From: Candidatus Thorarchaeota archaeon
GTDB lineage: Archaea; Asgardarchaeota; Thorarchaeia; Thorarchaeales; Thorarchaeaceae
Assembly (NCBI GenBank): GCA_019057475.1
Contig: DXJO01000041.1
Location: 1-64,000, forward strand
DNA: 64,000 bases
Reading direction: 5' to 3'
In this document: positions 8,675 through 18,499 of the stretch, piece by piece
How positions within the stretch are numbered: position 1 is the first letter of the stretch
How the letters are laid out: every line of letters begins with the position of its first letter
Program-made: the position numbers and the translations under genes
The notes under the pieces: generated by a model
Database searches by the model: none
The model's input: the letters and a program-made list of their open reading frames with translations, nothing else
What the model was told of the DNA's origin: nothing

Positions 8675-9721
8675 TTGACTGAGAATATCCTAGACTTGCT
8701 CAGAACCCTGTGTGCAGCTCCTGGACCCGTAGGAAGAGAAACTCTCGTTCAGGAGAAAATCAAAGAGCTGGTCAAGGACTACTGCAGCGATGTTTCTGAG
8801 GATAAAATTGGCAATCTCATTGCTACCATGGAAGGCACGGGTAGACATTACGCGATAGTAGCACACGCAGATGAAGTGGGATTCCTAGTTAGCAACATTG
8901 ACGAGAACGGGTTCATCCGAGCGAAATGGAACACTCAAGGATACATTCCGGATTTAAGGCTGTTACCAGGACAATGGGTGCTTATCATGACAGAGGGTGG
9001 CTTCATTCCGGGAGTATTTTGTGTGAAGACTGCTCACATAGCAGGCGCTGAAGGGAAGAAGAAGATTCCCAAGTGGGAGGATGTATTCCTGGATGTTGGC
9101 CTGGGTTCAGCAGAAGAAGTGGCTGAAGCAGGGATACAGATCGGGGATCCAGTCATCTATGCCGCACCAATCGAGAAAATCGGACACAATCTATGCGGCA
9201 AATCATTCGATGATCGCGTGGGTCTTGTGATAATGGTCAAGCTTGTTGAGATGATATCCAAGATTTCCGAGAAGGATCGTCCAACACTCACATTCGTCAG
9301 CACGGTCATGGAAGAGCTGGGAGCCAAGGGTGCAGCGGCAATCGCGCGAGATTTGGATGTTGATGGAGTGCTTGTTGTTGATATTGGCCTCGCAGACGAT
9401 TATCCTGGTACATCAGGCGAAGCAGGTGTATCTCTGGGAAAAGGCCCTGTGATTGTCATAAAGGATAACCAGATACACTACTCACACAAGCAGAATCAGG
9501 AACTATTCGCTTTGGCAAAGAAATTGGGCATTCCGGTGCAGAGAGCTGTATATCACAACTACGCTACTGATGGTTCCCAGATAGCTTCACAGGGTCAGGT
9601 GGTGTCAGCTATTGGGATTCCGTGCAGATACTCTCATAGCAGCTTCGAAACCATCAAGCTTGAAGATGTGGAAAAGACGATTCAACTCATCTATCAATTC
9701 CTGTTGAGCAACGCCAAATGA
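8675..9721 (+). CDS. M42 family metallopeptidase (TET aminopeptidase-like)
   Basis: AHADEVG, SFDDRVG, MEELG, VDIG, ATDG and RYSHS metal-binding motifs. TTG start follows GAGGTG. Confidence 0.9.
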   Translation: MTENILDLLRTLCAAPGPVGRETLVQEKIKELVKDYCSDVSEDKIGNLIATMEGTGRHYAIVAHADEVGFLVSNIDENGFIRAKWNTQGYIPDLRLLPGQWVLIMTEGGFIPGVFCVKTAHIAGAEGKKKIPKWEDVFLDVGLGSAEEVAEAGIQIGDPVIYAAPIEKIGHNLCGKSFDDRVGLVIMVKLVEMISKISEKDRPTLTFVSTVMEELGAKGAAAIARDLDVDGVLVVDIGLADDYPGTSGEAGVSLGKGPVIVIKDNQIHYSHKQNQELFALAKKLGIPVQRAVYHNYATDGSQIASQGQVVSAIGIPCRYSHSSFETIKLEDVEKTIQLIYQFLLSNAK

Positions 9722-9723
9722 GC

Positions 9724-10140
9724 TCACGAGTGAGGTTCAGTGTTCTCGGGCACATCCTCAGTTGGACCAACGTGGACCTTAAAGCTCTCTCTCGAAACTA
9801 TTCGTACCTTTGACCCAATTGGAAAATCAGTTCCTTCATCACAACGAGCGACCCATATCTCAGAACCAAGTCGTACCTTCCCAGATGTGTTTGTCACAGC
9901 GTCTATCACAACGGCGGTCATTCCAATCAGATTGTAGAGTTGATGTGACTCCGTTTGTTTGAGTGTAGGATACACCAAGTAGTACTTGACGGGCACAAAA
10001 ATTGCTGCAATAATGATTCCCGCGACAGCGACTAGTACCGTGTACTCTGGAGCGAAGAAGTGTGCAAGCACAACAGCAATTGGCACTAGCGCTAACTCAT
10101 CCAGAGTGATGATTATGAACTTGGTTCTGGCTGAAACCAC
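9724..10140 (-). CDS. NfeD-like C-terminal OB-fold membrane protein
   Basis: Two TMs plus LIGMTAVV...GKVRLGSEIWVAR...GSKVRIV. Confidence 0.85.
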   Translation of the reverse strand: MVSARTKFIIITLDELALVPIAVVLAHFFAPEYTVLVAVAGIIIAAIFVPVKYYLVYPTLKQTESHQLYNLIGMTAVVIDAVTNTSGKVRLGSEIWVARCDEGTDFPIGSKVRIVSRESFKVHVGPTEDVPENTEPHS

Positions 10141-10270
10141 TTTGCATACCGTCCCTATTTGGTATTAGGAAGGAGAGATAATTGCTTTTGCTATGATCTC
10201 AAACTGCTCTCTACTTCGACAACCTTACCAGACTGTTAAAAAGATAGATGACAGAGGAGCGGTCCAGTGA

Positions 10271-11419
10271 TTGTGTTTGAAGACTGAAACTGTGCAGCTA
10301 ATGGCAGGGGCGGCCATACTCTCATCCTTCACATACGTCCCGATTCTTCTCCAAGGTCTAGGAGCAAGTAATATCCAAGTCACCTGGATTGCAGGCGCTT
10401 ACTCCGCAGCTGTATTCATCTCCAGTTACATTTTTGGCAGAGCCGGAGATATCCACGGACGACGGCTCATTCTCCGTGCGGGGCTCCTGGCTTCGACGTT
10501 GAGCGTTGCACTTCTGTTCCTAGCGGATAGTGTTGAAGTGCTCCTAGTGATTAGAATCGTAACCGGCTTCTGCGTGGGTGTCTATCCAGGAGCCTTGGCA
10601 GCTTACGCGCATGACTCTAAAATGAAGATGGGAAGATTTGCCTCATTTGGTGCCGTTGGATGGGGAGTAGGCACAGTTACCGCTGGTTTTGCAGCAGGCC
10701 TCGATATTCACTACGCCTTCTTGATTTCGTCCTTTTTCTTCCTGATAGCATTCTTGAGCGCTCTGACGCTACCACCGATTTCCAGAGTACGGGTTAAAGT
10801 CCCGCTATTCCCAATTGAAACGATCAAGCGAAATTTCCCAGTCTATCTCGGGATGCTCATTAGGCATAGTAGTGCCCATGCCATGTGGACTCTATGGCCC
10901 CTTTTCCTTCTCAGCTTAGAAGGAGCAGATTTGTTCATGATTGGAATCATCCAGGCAACGAATGCCCTAGCTCAGGTAGTGTTCATGATTTGGCTAACCG
11001 ATCGCTTTGACAGTAGAAAGCTAATCTCCATTGGCCTAATTACGAGCGCAATGGCTTTCGCCTCCTTCACTCTTATCACAAATATATTCGAAGTCCTCCC
11101 AACGCAGATTCTACTTGGGCTTGCGTGGGCATGTCTCTATGTTGGTGCGCTGAAGTACGTGACTGAACGCAATGTTGAGAAATCTACAGCATCTGGTCTT
11201 CTGCAGTCAGTCATGTCAATCTCCGGCGTGATAGGACCATTGATTGCGTTTCTCCTGATTTCAGTGTGGCCAGGCTATCTTGCCATAATGATTAATGGCG
11301 CCATAATGTCGATAGTGGCGTTCCTGATGTTTGTATTCAGTTGTAGGCGAGCAGCTGCAAACGAAAGCAACTCAGAGGGATGTGACTTGCAGACCGAAAA
11401 TGCAGCGGTGGAGTCTTAG
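10271..11419 (+). CDS. MFS transporter
   Basis: About 12 TMs and motif A GRAGDIHGRR. Confidence 0.9.
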   Translation: MCLKTETVQLMAGAAILSSFTYVPILLQGLGASNIQVTWIAGAYSAAVFISSYIFGRAGDIHGRRLILRAGLLASTLSVALLFLADSVEVLLVIRIVTGFCVGVYPGALAAYAHDSKMKMGRFASFGAVGWGVGTVTAGFAAGLDIHYAFLISSFFFLIAFLSALTLPPISRVRVKVPLFPIETIKRNFPVYLGMLIRHSSAHAMWTLWPLFLLSLEGADLFMIGIIQATNALAQVVFMIWLTDRFDSRKLISIGLITSAMAFASFTLITNIFEVLPTQILLGLAWACLYVGALKYVTERNVEKSTASGLLQSVMSISGVIGPLIAFLLISVWPGYLAIMINGAIMSIVAFLMFVFSCRRAAANESNSEGCDLQTENAAVES

Positions 11420-11420
11420 A

Positions 11421-12146
11421 CTAGCGTCGACATGCAATCACAAGGAAGTACTCTGACTGGCCATTATTGGATCCTGAGAGGACTCTCGTTATCTCGATAT
11501 TCCTGAAATGCGTAGATAGAAGCTGCTCTATCATGTTTCTGGTGAATGCATAGGGCTGCGATTCTGGGATAGGTTCTCGTGGACCTCGTATTATGCCAAT
11601 GTATTCGCCCTTTGGTTTTAGAATCTCAGTCAGGCGCAGGACATAGTGGGCACGCTGTGTGGGCGGCAGCGTCTGAAGAAACGATCGCTCAAAGATATAA
11701 TCAAACTCTCCTTCCGTGGGACCGTTCCTCAACACGTCCCCGACAATCAGGTCGACATCAAGCCCCAGTTTCTCGATGCATTTACGAAGCATAGATACTG
11801 CCCTTTTTGAGATGTCCAATACAGTTACTCTGAATCCATTAGAAGCGAGATACACCGCATCATGGCCCAAACCGGGACCTGGTTCGAATACTCTCCCGGG
11901 CACTATTCGCTTGGTTTTTACTAGGTTGACCAGAGCGGGGTGCGGTCGGGATATATCCCAAGGAACATCGCCCTTGCTGAAAGCGACATCGTTGGCTGTC
12001 CTTGCCATGCATGGATGATGCGCCATACCATCCTGTCCAAGCATAGTTTGGATCCATCCTCTCACTTCTAGAAGAGGGTTATCATCAGTGGAAGGTTCAT
12101 TGCACAATATGCATCTTGGTCGTTCATCGCCCATCAAGAATGACAT
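11421..12146 (-). CDS. Class I SAM-dependent methyltransferase (thiopurine/TehB-like) with N-terminal CxxC..HxxC finger
   Basis: VPWD..RPHPAL, VFEPGPGLGHDAVYLA..GF.VTVLDIS and FDYIFER. Confidence 0.85.
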   Translation of the reverse strand: MSFLMGDERPRCILCNEPSTDDNPLLEVRGWIQTMLGQDGMAHHPCMARTANDVAFSKGDVPWDISRPHPALVNLVKTKRIVPGRVFEPGPGLGHDAVYLASNGFRVTVLDISKRAVSMLRKCIEKLGLDVDLIVGDVLRNGPTEGEFDYIFERSFLQTLPPTQRAHYVLRLTEILKPKGEYIGIIRGPREPIPESQPYAFTRNMIEQLLSTHFRNIEITRVLSGSNNGQSEYFLVIACRR

Positions 12147-12168
12147 CTCTCTGTGCTCGGCACAGACA

Positions 12169-12430
12169 CATCCCAGTTCTTGTGTGTTTGGCTCGATTAA
12201 AGGCGAATCTAGAACATGCGCAAGTACTCAGGCGAGTTTAATATCCGAGCGTCCATAGGAATGTGGATATGCTTGCCTCCAATACCATAGAATTTCAAGG
12301 ACCCAGTGTCATACACGAAGCCACAGGTCCCTGATGCTTGTTCTCCATTTACATTTTCAACCCAGTAGTTCCTGACTATCTCTGCTGTGCCAATCGTGTC
12401 GTACCATTGAAGACCATATGTGATTAATCC
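12169..12430. repeat. 262-bp direct repeat, copy 1 (pseudogenised 3' end of the 16939-18354 gene)
   Basis: Ungapped match to 16911-17172 with about 19 mismatches by manual count. On the minus strand it encodes GLITYGLQWYDTIG...PEYLRMF*, with a TGG>TAG premature stop. Confidence 0.95.
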
Positions 12431-12819
12431 ACCCTGTCCATCAGGACTTCTACGAGGTATGTCCGTGAACGGAATCCGTATTGGTCAATTTCGATTTCGT
12501 CAATCTCATTTAGATAAAGAAAAATGGACCATCTTTTCGAAAAAAAATAACATCAAAGGATTCATTAACTAGTGTAGTGACTACTCTATTGAGATAACAT
12601 AGACCATGGGTGGTGACTGCAGGATTGAACTCTGATAGTCCTTTACCGATATCCAAGCAAAGGAGTCCTGCATATCCAATCCTAACTAGGATTCGAGCAA
12701 GTCAAGTGTTAGCTATTGATTCTACATCTAATCCAATCAATACCCTTTGGAATCGCAATTGGAGTGGAAGAGTAAAGACTCGCAATCCACAAAATCACAT
12801 AACTAGGAGTGTTTCATCT

Positions 12820-15800
12820 ATGTGCAAGAGAATTTGGAAAAGGGATTTTGCAGCAGCGTTCATCCTTCTGACGTTCATTCTGGGTCTGTCGATGTTTATA
12901 TCACTAGCAGTAATGCAGGATGACATTGCGCATCTATCTATGCCTGTTGTCCACAGAGGGCCGACAAGGAAGATGACAACCGCCTATATCACCCATGGTC
13001 CAATTGTGATAGACAGTGATAATAACTTTACAGCCACAGCGTTGGCTAAAGGATGGCCTGGTCTTGGTTCGCCTGGAGATCCCTTCATCATAAGGAATTA
13101 TTCGATCGACCTTGGGGGTGCGATTGGTCATTGCATCAACATCAGCAACACTCGTGTCAGCTTCATCATCAGAAACTGCAGTCTAACTGGTGCCAATGTA
13201 TCGACATTTCTTGTAGATAGTGCTGGCGTCTTTCTGAAAAATGTCACCAATGGTGAAATAGTCAATAACATCTGCACGAATGACTGGTATGCAATCTATC
13301 TAACGAACTCTACTGGAAACACTATTGCCAACAACACCTGCTCATACAATCTCGACAGGGGGATATGTTTGGAACAGGCTTCCAATTTCAACATTATTAA
13401 GAACAACACCTGCAACAGCAATACCGAATATGGCATCTCCCTCTATCAAAGTGACTATAACGAGATGATCAACAACACCTGCTCCGATAACATAAACGAT
13501 GGCATCTATGTCTACTATTCGGATTACACTCTCCTTATCAACAACACCTGCTACTCGAACACTCAGCATGGTATCAACCTGTATTTCGCCTGTTACTATA
13601 GCGAGATAATCAACAACACCTGCTCCGATAACACCTATGGAATCTATGTCTACGCTTCACGGTACAATCTCTTTACCAACAACACCTGCAAGACAAATGA
13701 TTATGGTATTGTCTTTGACTTTCATTCGGAATATAACGAGGTAATCAACAACACCTGCTCCGATAACATAGAAGATGGCATCCTTGTTTTCGAAGGTTCA
13801 GATTACAATCTCCTTGCCAATAACACCTGCTCCGATAACAGCAAAGGTATCACTGTTTCGAGGGGTCCTTTTGTCGGAAGTTCATCCCACAATCTCCTTG
13901 TCAACAACATCTGCGAGAGAAATGGTGTTGGTATTCGCCTCTTAGGTGATTCATCTGATGATAGGTCACTATATAACGAGATAATCAATAACACCTGCTC
14001 CGATAACATAGACGATGGCATCTATGTCATATGGTCGAATTACACTCTTATTGCTAACAACACCTGCGAGAGAAATAGTGATGGTATTGTCCTTTGGCTT
14101 GGCTCGGACCATAACGATATAATCAACAACACCTGCTCCGTTAACAGCTTGTATGGAATCTATGTCTACGCTTCACGGTACAATCTCCTTGCCAACAACA
14201 ACTGCTCCGATAACAGCTATGGCATCTCTCTCGACGGTTCCTACAATCTCTTATTCAATAACACCTGCTCCGATAACGACTATGGCATCGTAGTCTGCGG
14301 TTCCTACAATCGTTTATTCAATAACACCTGCTCCGATAACGACATGCATGATCCCGATTCAGGCTTTGGCATCTTACTTTATTCTATTTCAAATTACAAT
14401 CTCCTTGCCAACAACACCTGTGAGAGAAATGATCATGGTATTGGTCTCGTATCATATTTATATTCTCCAGATCATAACGAGATAATCAATAACACCTGCT
14501 CCGATAACATGAAAGGTGGCATCTATCTCGACGGTCCAAGTTACAATCTCCTTGCCAATAACACATGTGAGAGAAATGACTATGGCATTTACTTCGGATC
14601 TCTTTCAGAATTTAACGAGATAATCAACAACACCTGCTCCGATAACACCTATGGCATCTATCTCGACGGTGCGGATCACAATCTCCTTGCCAATAACACA
14701 TGTGAGAGAAATGATTATGGTATTGGCCTTGTATCTTCCTTAACTTGGTCAAATGATAACACACTCGTGAACAACACCTGTTCATGGAATACATTTTGTG
14801 GAATACTCCTCAACGTTAATACTCACCATAACGTGGTCACTAACTGTACCTGCAATTACAACGGTGAATTCGGAATCATGCTGGCTGGGTCAGATCATAA
14901 CAACATCACCAGCAATACCTGTAATGGGAATCTTGAAGGCATTCATATCAGTGACTCGGATTCGAACATCATCGCGAACAACACAGTCTGCCACAACACT
15001 GGTCCAGGAATACGCCTACTCTCAACCTCGTTGAGCAACACCGTCCAATGGAATATTCTCATGAACAACTCTTACAATGTCTGGAACGACCACTCAAGCA
15101 ATGTGATTGACTACAACTACTACTCAGACTATGATGGTTACGATAACGACGGAAATGGCATAGGTGATGTTCCTTATCTGCACGATGGCTCAGCAAACTC
15201 CGAAGACACTCACCCGTATATGTTTCCTGGTGGTTATCTGTACATCACTTGGACCGAGGCGATTACAGATCAATTTACTGAGTATATGGAATCTTGGCAA
15301 TATGATATAGATGTGATCGTGAAGACAAATGTTTACTTATGGTGGATCAACGACACAGCCCACTTCTCAGTCGATCCCACTGGACTAATCACCAACAAGA
15401 CCCCTTTGGTGGTTGGCACCTATGGAGTTATGATATATGTCAATGACACTGAAGGTCATGTGCTGCGAGGCGCATTCACCCTGGTAGTGTATCCTGCAGG
15501 GGCTCCAGAGTGGGTTCAAGCACCCACTGACCAGACTATAGAGTTTGGTGCCACCTTCCAGTACGACCTTGATGCGGTTGCTCCTTCAGGAATTGACTTC
15601 TGGCAGATTAATGATACTGCCAGGTTTCATATTGATCAGACTGGATTGATAACAAATGCCACGGTTCTGATTGTGGGTACATACCATCTTGAAGTCATAG
15701 TCAATGACACTTTGGGTCAAGTGCTGATAGGAGCATTCACCCTGGTGGTGGATCCTGCAGCGCCTCCAGAGTGGGTTCAAGAACCCACTGACAAGACCAT

Positions 15801-16728
15801 AGAATTCGGTGCAACCTTCCAGTATGACCTTGATGTGGTTGATACTTCAGAAATTGACCTCTGGCTGATTAACGATACTGTCAGGTTTCATATTGATCAG
15901 ACTGGATTGATAACAAATGCGACGGTTTTGATGGTAGGTGTATACTATCTTGAAGTCATGGTCAATGACACTTTGGGGCATGTGCAGACTGCTGAGTTTG
16001 CTGTGATAATACAGGACACTACAGCCCCAACTTGGGATGTTACACCAACAAACCAAGTAATCGAATATGGTAGTCTGTTTAGTTATGACCTTGATGCATC
16101 AGATCTGTCAAGCATCCATCACTGGTGGTTGAATGACACCACAAGCTTCGCTATTGATAGCAATGGTGTTATTACAAATGTGACTACTTTGGCAATTGGT
16201 GTTCATGGTTTACAGGTCTGGGTGAATGACACTATTGGTAACATCCAAACTGCAGCATTTTCAATCTCTGTTGAAGATACAACCGATCCAGTGATTACAG
16301 CGATTCCAGAAGACATCGAATTTGAAGAAGGTGAGACTGGATACAGTATCACTTGGCAGTTCCATGATCTTGATCCATCAACTTACACAATCTATCTGAA
16401 TGGAGAAATCCTACTAACAGGTCAATGGAATTCCAGCAGTGAAGTATTCATCGTTGTTGTTGATGGACTAGCTACAGGATCGCATAACTTCACCATAGTC
16501 GTGACCGACGGTTCTGGAAATCCTGCTATGGATGAAGTCACAGTAACAGTGACAGCGGTAACAACGACTCCTACAACAACCACCACAACTACAACGACTA
16601 CCTTATCGACGGAACCTGATGGCACGTTAATGGGTATAATGCTGACTGGCGTTGGTGGGGCGGCCATCGCCATAACCATTGTAATAATAAGCCTCAAAAA
16701 GCGAAGAAGACAACCAAGACAAGAATAG
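12820..16728 (+). CDS. Large surface glycoprotein: NosD/parallel beta-helix repeats, Ig/cadherin-like repeats, Thr-rich linker and C-terminal TM
   Basis: Signal/TM near the start (ATG 12820 after AGGAG), HGPIVIDSD..GWPG.G...DP lead-in, >25 'NNTCSDN..GI.L' repeats, three or four ~88-aa repeats, poly-Thr, TM and basic tail. Confidence 0.9.
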   Translation: MCKRIWKRDFAAAFILLTFILGLSMFISLAVMQDDIAHLSMPVVHRGPTRKMTTAYITHGPIVIDSDNNFTATALAKGWPGLGSPGDPFIIRNYSIDLGGAIGHCINISNTRVSFIIRNCSLTGANVSTFLVDSAGVFLKNVTNGEIVNNICTNDWYAIYLTNSTGNTIANNTCSYNLDRGICLEQASNFNIIKNNTCNSNTEYGISLYQSDYNEMINNTCSDNINDGIYVYYSDYTLLINNTCYSNTQHGINLYFACYYSEIINNTCSDNTYGIYVYASRYNLFTNNTCKTNDYGIVFDFHSEYNEVINNTCSDNIEDGILVFEGSDYNLLANNTCSDNSKGITVSRGPFVGSSSHNLLVNNICERNGVGIRLLGDSSDDRSLYNEIINNTCSDNIDDGIYVIWSNYTLIANNTCERNSDGIVLWLGSDHNDIINNTCSVNSLYGIYVYASRYNLLANNNCSDNSYGISLDGSYNLLFNNTCSDNDYGIVVCGSYNRLFNNTCSDNDMHDPDSGFGILLYSISNYNLLANNTCERNDHGIGLVSYLYSPDHNEIINNTCSDNMKGGIYLDGPSYNLLANNTCERNDYGIYFGSLSEFNEIINNTCSDNTYGIYLDGADHNLLANNTCERNDYGIGLVSSLTWSNDNTLVNNTCSWNTFCGILLNVNTHHNVVTNCTCNYNGEFGIMLAGSDHNNITSNTCNGNLEGIHISDSDSNIIANNTVCHNTGPGIRLLSTSLSNTVQWNILMNNSYNVWNDHSSNVIDYNYYSDYDGYDNDGNGIGDVPYLHDGSANSEDTHPYMFPGGYLYITWTEAITDQFTEYMESWQYDIDVIVKTNVYLWWINDTAHFSVDPTGLITNKTPLVVGTYGVMIYVNDTEGHVLRGAFTLVVYPAGAPEWVQAPTDQTIEFGATFQYDLDAVAPSGIDFWQINDTARFHIDQTGLITNATVLIVGTYHLEVIVNDTLGQVLIGAFTLVVDPAAPPEWVQEPTDKTIEFGATFQYDLDVVDTSEIDLWLINDTVRFHIDQTGLITNATVLMVGVYYLEVMVNDTLGHVQTAEFAVIIQDTTAPTWDVTPTNQVIEYGSLFSYDLDASDLSSIHHWWLNDTTSFAIDSNGVITNVTTLAIGVHGLQVWVNDTIGNIQTAAFSISVEDTTDPVITAIPEDIEFEEGETGYSITWQFHDLDPSTYTIYLNGEILLTGQWNSSSEVFIVVVDGLATGSHNFTIVVTDGSGNPAMDEVTVTVTAVTTTPTTTTTTTTTTLSTEPDGTLMGIMLTGVGGAAIAITIVIISLKKRRRQPRQE
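13270..15000 (+). repeat. Intragenic tandem repeats of ~66-80 nt (AACAACACCTGCTCCGATAAC core)
   Basis: A near-identical DNA core recurs many times across the beta-helix region. Confidence 0.85.
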
Positions 16729-16910
16729 CCCAAGTGGTGGTTAGTATTAGACAGGAAATTCGCGGTCTAATCGTTGCCTAGTTTCTTCTGCTTCTTTGGA
16801 GGAAGTAGTGACACATAGTCGATAGAAAAGTTCAGAAAGGACCTTATCGTTAGATAATAGATCCCTATGAATAACCAGATACTCTTTCATCACTCGACCA
16901 GGCCTAGACT

Positions 16911-17172
16911 CATCCCAGTTCTTGTGTGTTTGGTTCGATTAAAGGCAAATCCAAAACATGTGCAAGTACTCAGGCGAGTTCAACATGCGAGCGTCCATGG
17001 GAATGTGGATATGATTACCTCCAAAGCCATAGAATTCCAAGGACCCAGTGTCATACACGAAGCCACAGGTCCCTGATGCTTGTTCCCCATTTACATTGTC
17101 AACCCAGTAGCTCCTAACGATCTCTGCTGTGCCAATCGTGTCGTACCATTGAAGACCATATGTGATTAATCC
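16911..17172. repeat. 262-bp direct repeat, copy 2 (intact 3' end of the 16939-18354 gene)
   Basis: Matches 12169-12430 at an offset of 4742 nt. Confidence 0.95.
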
Positions 17173-18354
17173 CTGATCACCGAGCGACATTATCACATCA
17201 ATTGCTGTAATCACTCCAGGTTGAAACAGGTCATCCCGGAGATTGTGAGCAGTAACCGCCACGTCGTAGAAGTCCAGTGCGATATATGGAGTGGTTATCT
17301 CGACATGAGGGATAATCACGATGCCGCCGTTGGTTTCCAGCCGCGTGACCTCTTCCTCGAAGGCTTGATGAATTCTCTCAAGTTGATTTCTGTCGATCAG
17401 TACGAACTGGAGTGTGGTCCCTTCTTTCCACGGGTGGTGGTCCATTCTGAAGACATTGTTTTCTAACCAGCCTCCGCTGTAGTAAGATCGATACCACCAG
17501 TTGGTCATGCCATTCATACTGTCAATAACATGGGTATTCATGGACTCATTGAAATGATACTCTAGGCTCACCAAACCTCGGTTAGAGAGATCTACAAGAA
17601 TATCGAACATAGAGAAATGGCCATCAGTGAACAAGTCAGGACGAGTTGTTTCAATAGCGGACCAATTAAATCCATGCTTAACTCCGTCGACACTCGCATG
17701 TGCGGTGGTAACTCCCACAGGCGGAGGAAGAGTTGTGTTTCCGGGACTAATGACCGTTTCATTGCTGCGCGGCGGTACAGCCAGTGGAATGTCAATTTGA
17801 GGTGCATTGAGAAATACAACGGTCACTAACAGCGACACTGTTAACCCGATTATGAAAAGATTCGCGATTTGTTTGGAGACTCCACGGCGTATCGAGAGGA
17901 ACTTCAGTCCCACTCCCACATGGAGAATAATCAAGACTGCGAGAAAAGCGTCATAGATTCTGTGCCACCCAAAGGGGATTGTTTCGCTGAAGACAGTCGC
18001 AAACCAGATGTATCCGTTGAGCCCAGGAATGATAACGAGAAAGGCAAAGATTACAATTAGCCAAGCAGACACCCTTTGAACAAGTCGTAGAAGATGAATT
18101 GATGTTCCCTTCTTATTCTGAACCCCATCAAGCAGTCTTCTCCACGTTAGCTTGAAGTGCACGAGGGTAATTGCCACATGGATAATTAGGAATCCAATGA
18201 AGAAGACCTCGAGTATTCTATGTATCGAGGAGATGAGATAGATATCAACTAACCATCCGCGGGCAAGACTGTAACCGGTGGCTATTATCGCCAGAGAGAA
18301 TATCGCGAGTAGCCATGCGGTGTAACGATGCACTCTTACCCTTGTGGATGACAT
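16939..18354 (-). CDS. Membrane protein with His-bearing cytochrome b-like TM region and duplicated extracytoplasmic domain
   Basis: Two 3-TM units (HRYTAW...HRILE..IIH and QRVSAW...HRIYD..ILH). The C-terminal internal repeat is RPDLF..GHFSMFDIL / RDDLF..GVITAIDVI. Confidence 0.7.
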   Translation of the reverse strand: MSSTRVRVHRYTAWLLAIFSLAIIATGYSLARGWLVDIYLISSIHRILEVFFIGFLIIHVAITLVHFKLTWRRLLDGVQNKKGTSIHLLRLVQRVSAWLIVIFAFLVIIPGLNGYIWFATVFSETIPFGWHRIYDAFLAVLIILHVGVGLKFLSIRRGVSKQIANLFIIGLTVSLLVTVVFLNAPQIDIPLAVPPRSNETVISPGNTTLPPPVGVTTAHASVDGVKHGFNWSAIETTRPDLFTDGHFSMFDILVDLSNRGLVSLEYHFNESMNTHVIDSMNGMTNWWYRSYYSGGWLENNVFRMDHHPWKEGTTLQFVLIDRNQLERIHQAFEEEVTRLETNGGIVIIPHVEITTPYIALDFYDVAVTAHNLRDDLFQPGVITAIDVIMSLGDQGLITYGLQWYDTIGTAEIVRSYWVDNVNGEQASGTCGFVYDTGSLEFYGFGGNHIHIPMDARMLNSPEYLHMFWICL

Positions 18355-18456
18355 ATTCTTTGCAAATGCACTAAGTTACAAATATTAACCATTAGGTATG
18401 GCTGTTGCGCTATCTGTAACCAAACGAGATCGTGCATACGACTAGAAAAGTGTCCG

Positions 18457-18479
18457 GGGAGGACAACAGGTGTCCTCCC
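18457..18479 (-). terminator. GC-rich hairpin downstream of the MFS sugar transporter
   Basis: GGGAGGACA-ACAGG-TGTCCTCCC (9-bp perfect stem), followed on the minus strand by a short T tract. Confidence 0.5.
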
Positions 18480-18499
18480 GAACGTGTTCATGATGTGGC

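Noticed and set aside
12169-12430. 262-bp repeat as a DGR TR/VR pair
   Set aside because: Mismatches are not confined to adenines and many are synonymous; no RT gene is nearby.
12610-12819. N-terminal 70-aa extension of the beta-helix ORF
   Set aside because: The signal/TM segment and an AGGAG motif point to ATG 12820 as the real start.
13270-15000. AAC-rich repeats as a DGR template or CRISPR array
   Set aside because: The repeats are in-frame codons (NNTCSDN) of one ORF. There is no reverse transcriptase or cas gene, and no adenine-specific TR/VR pair.
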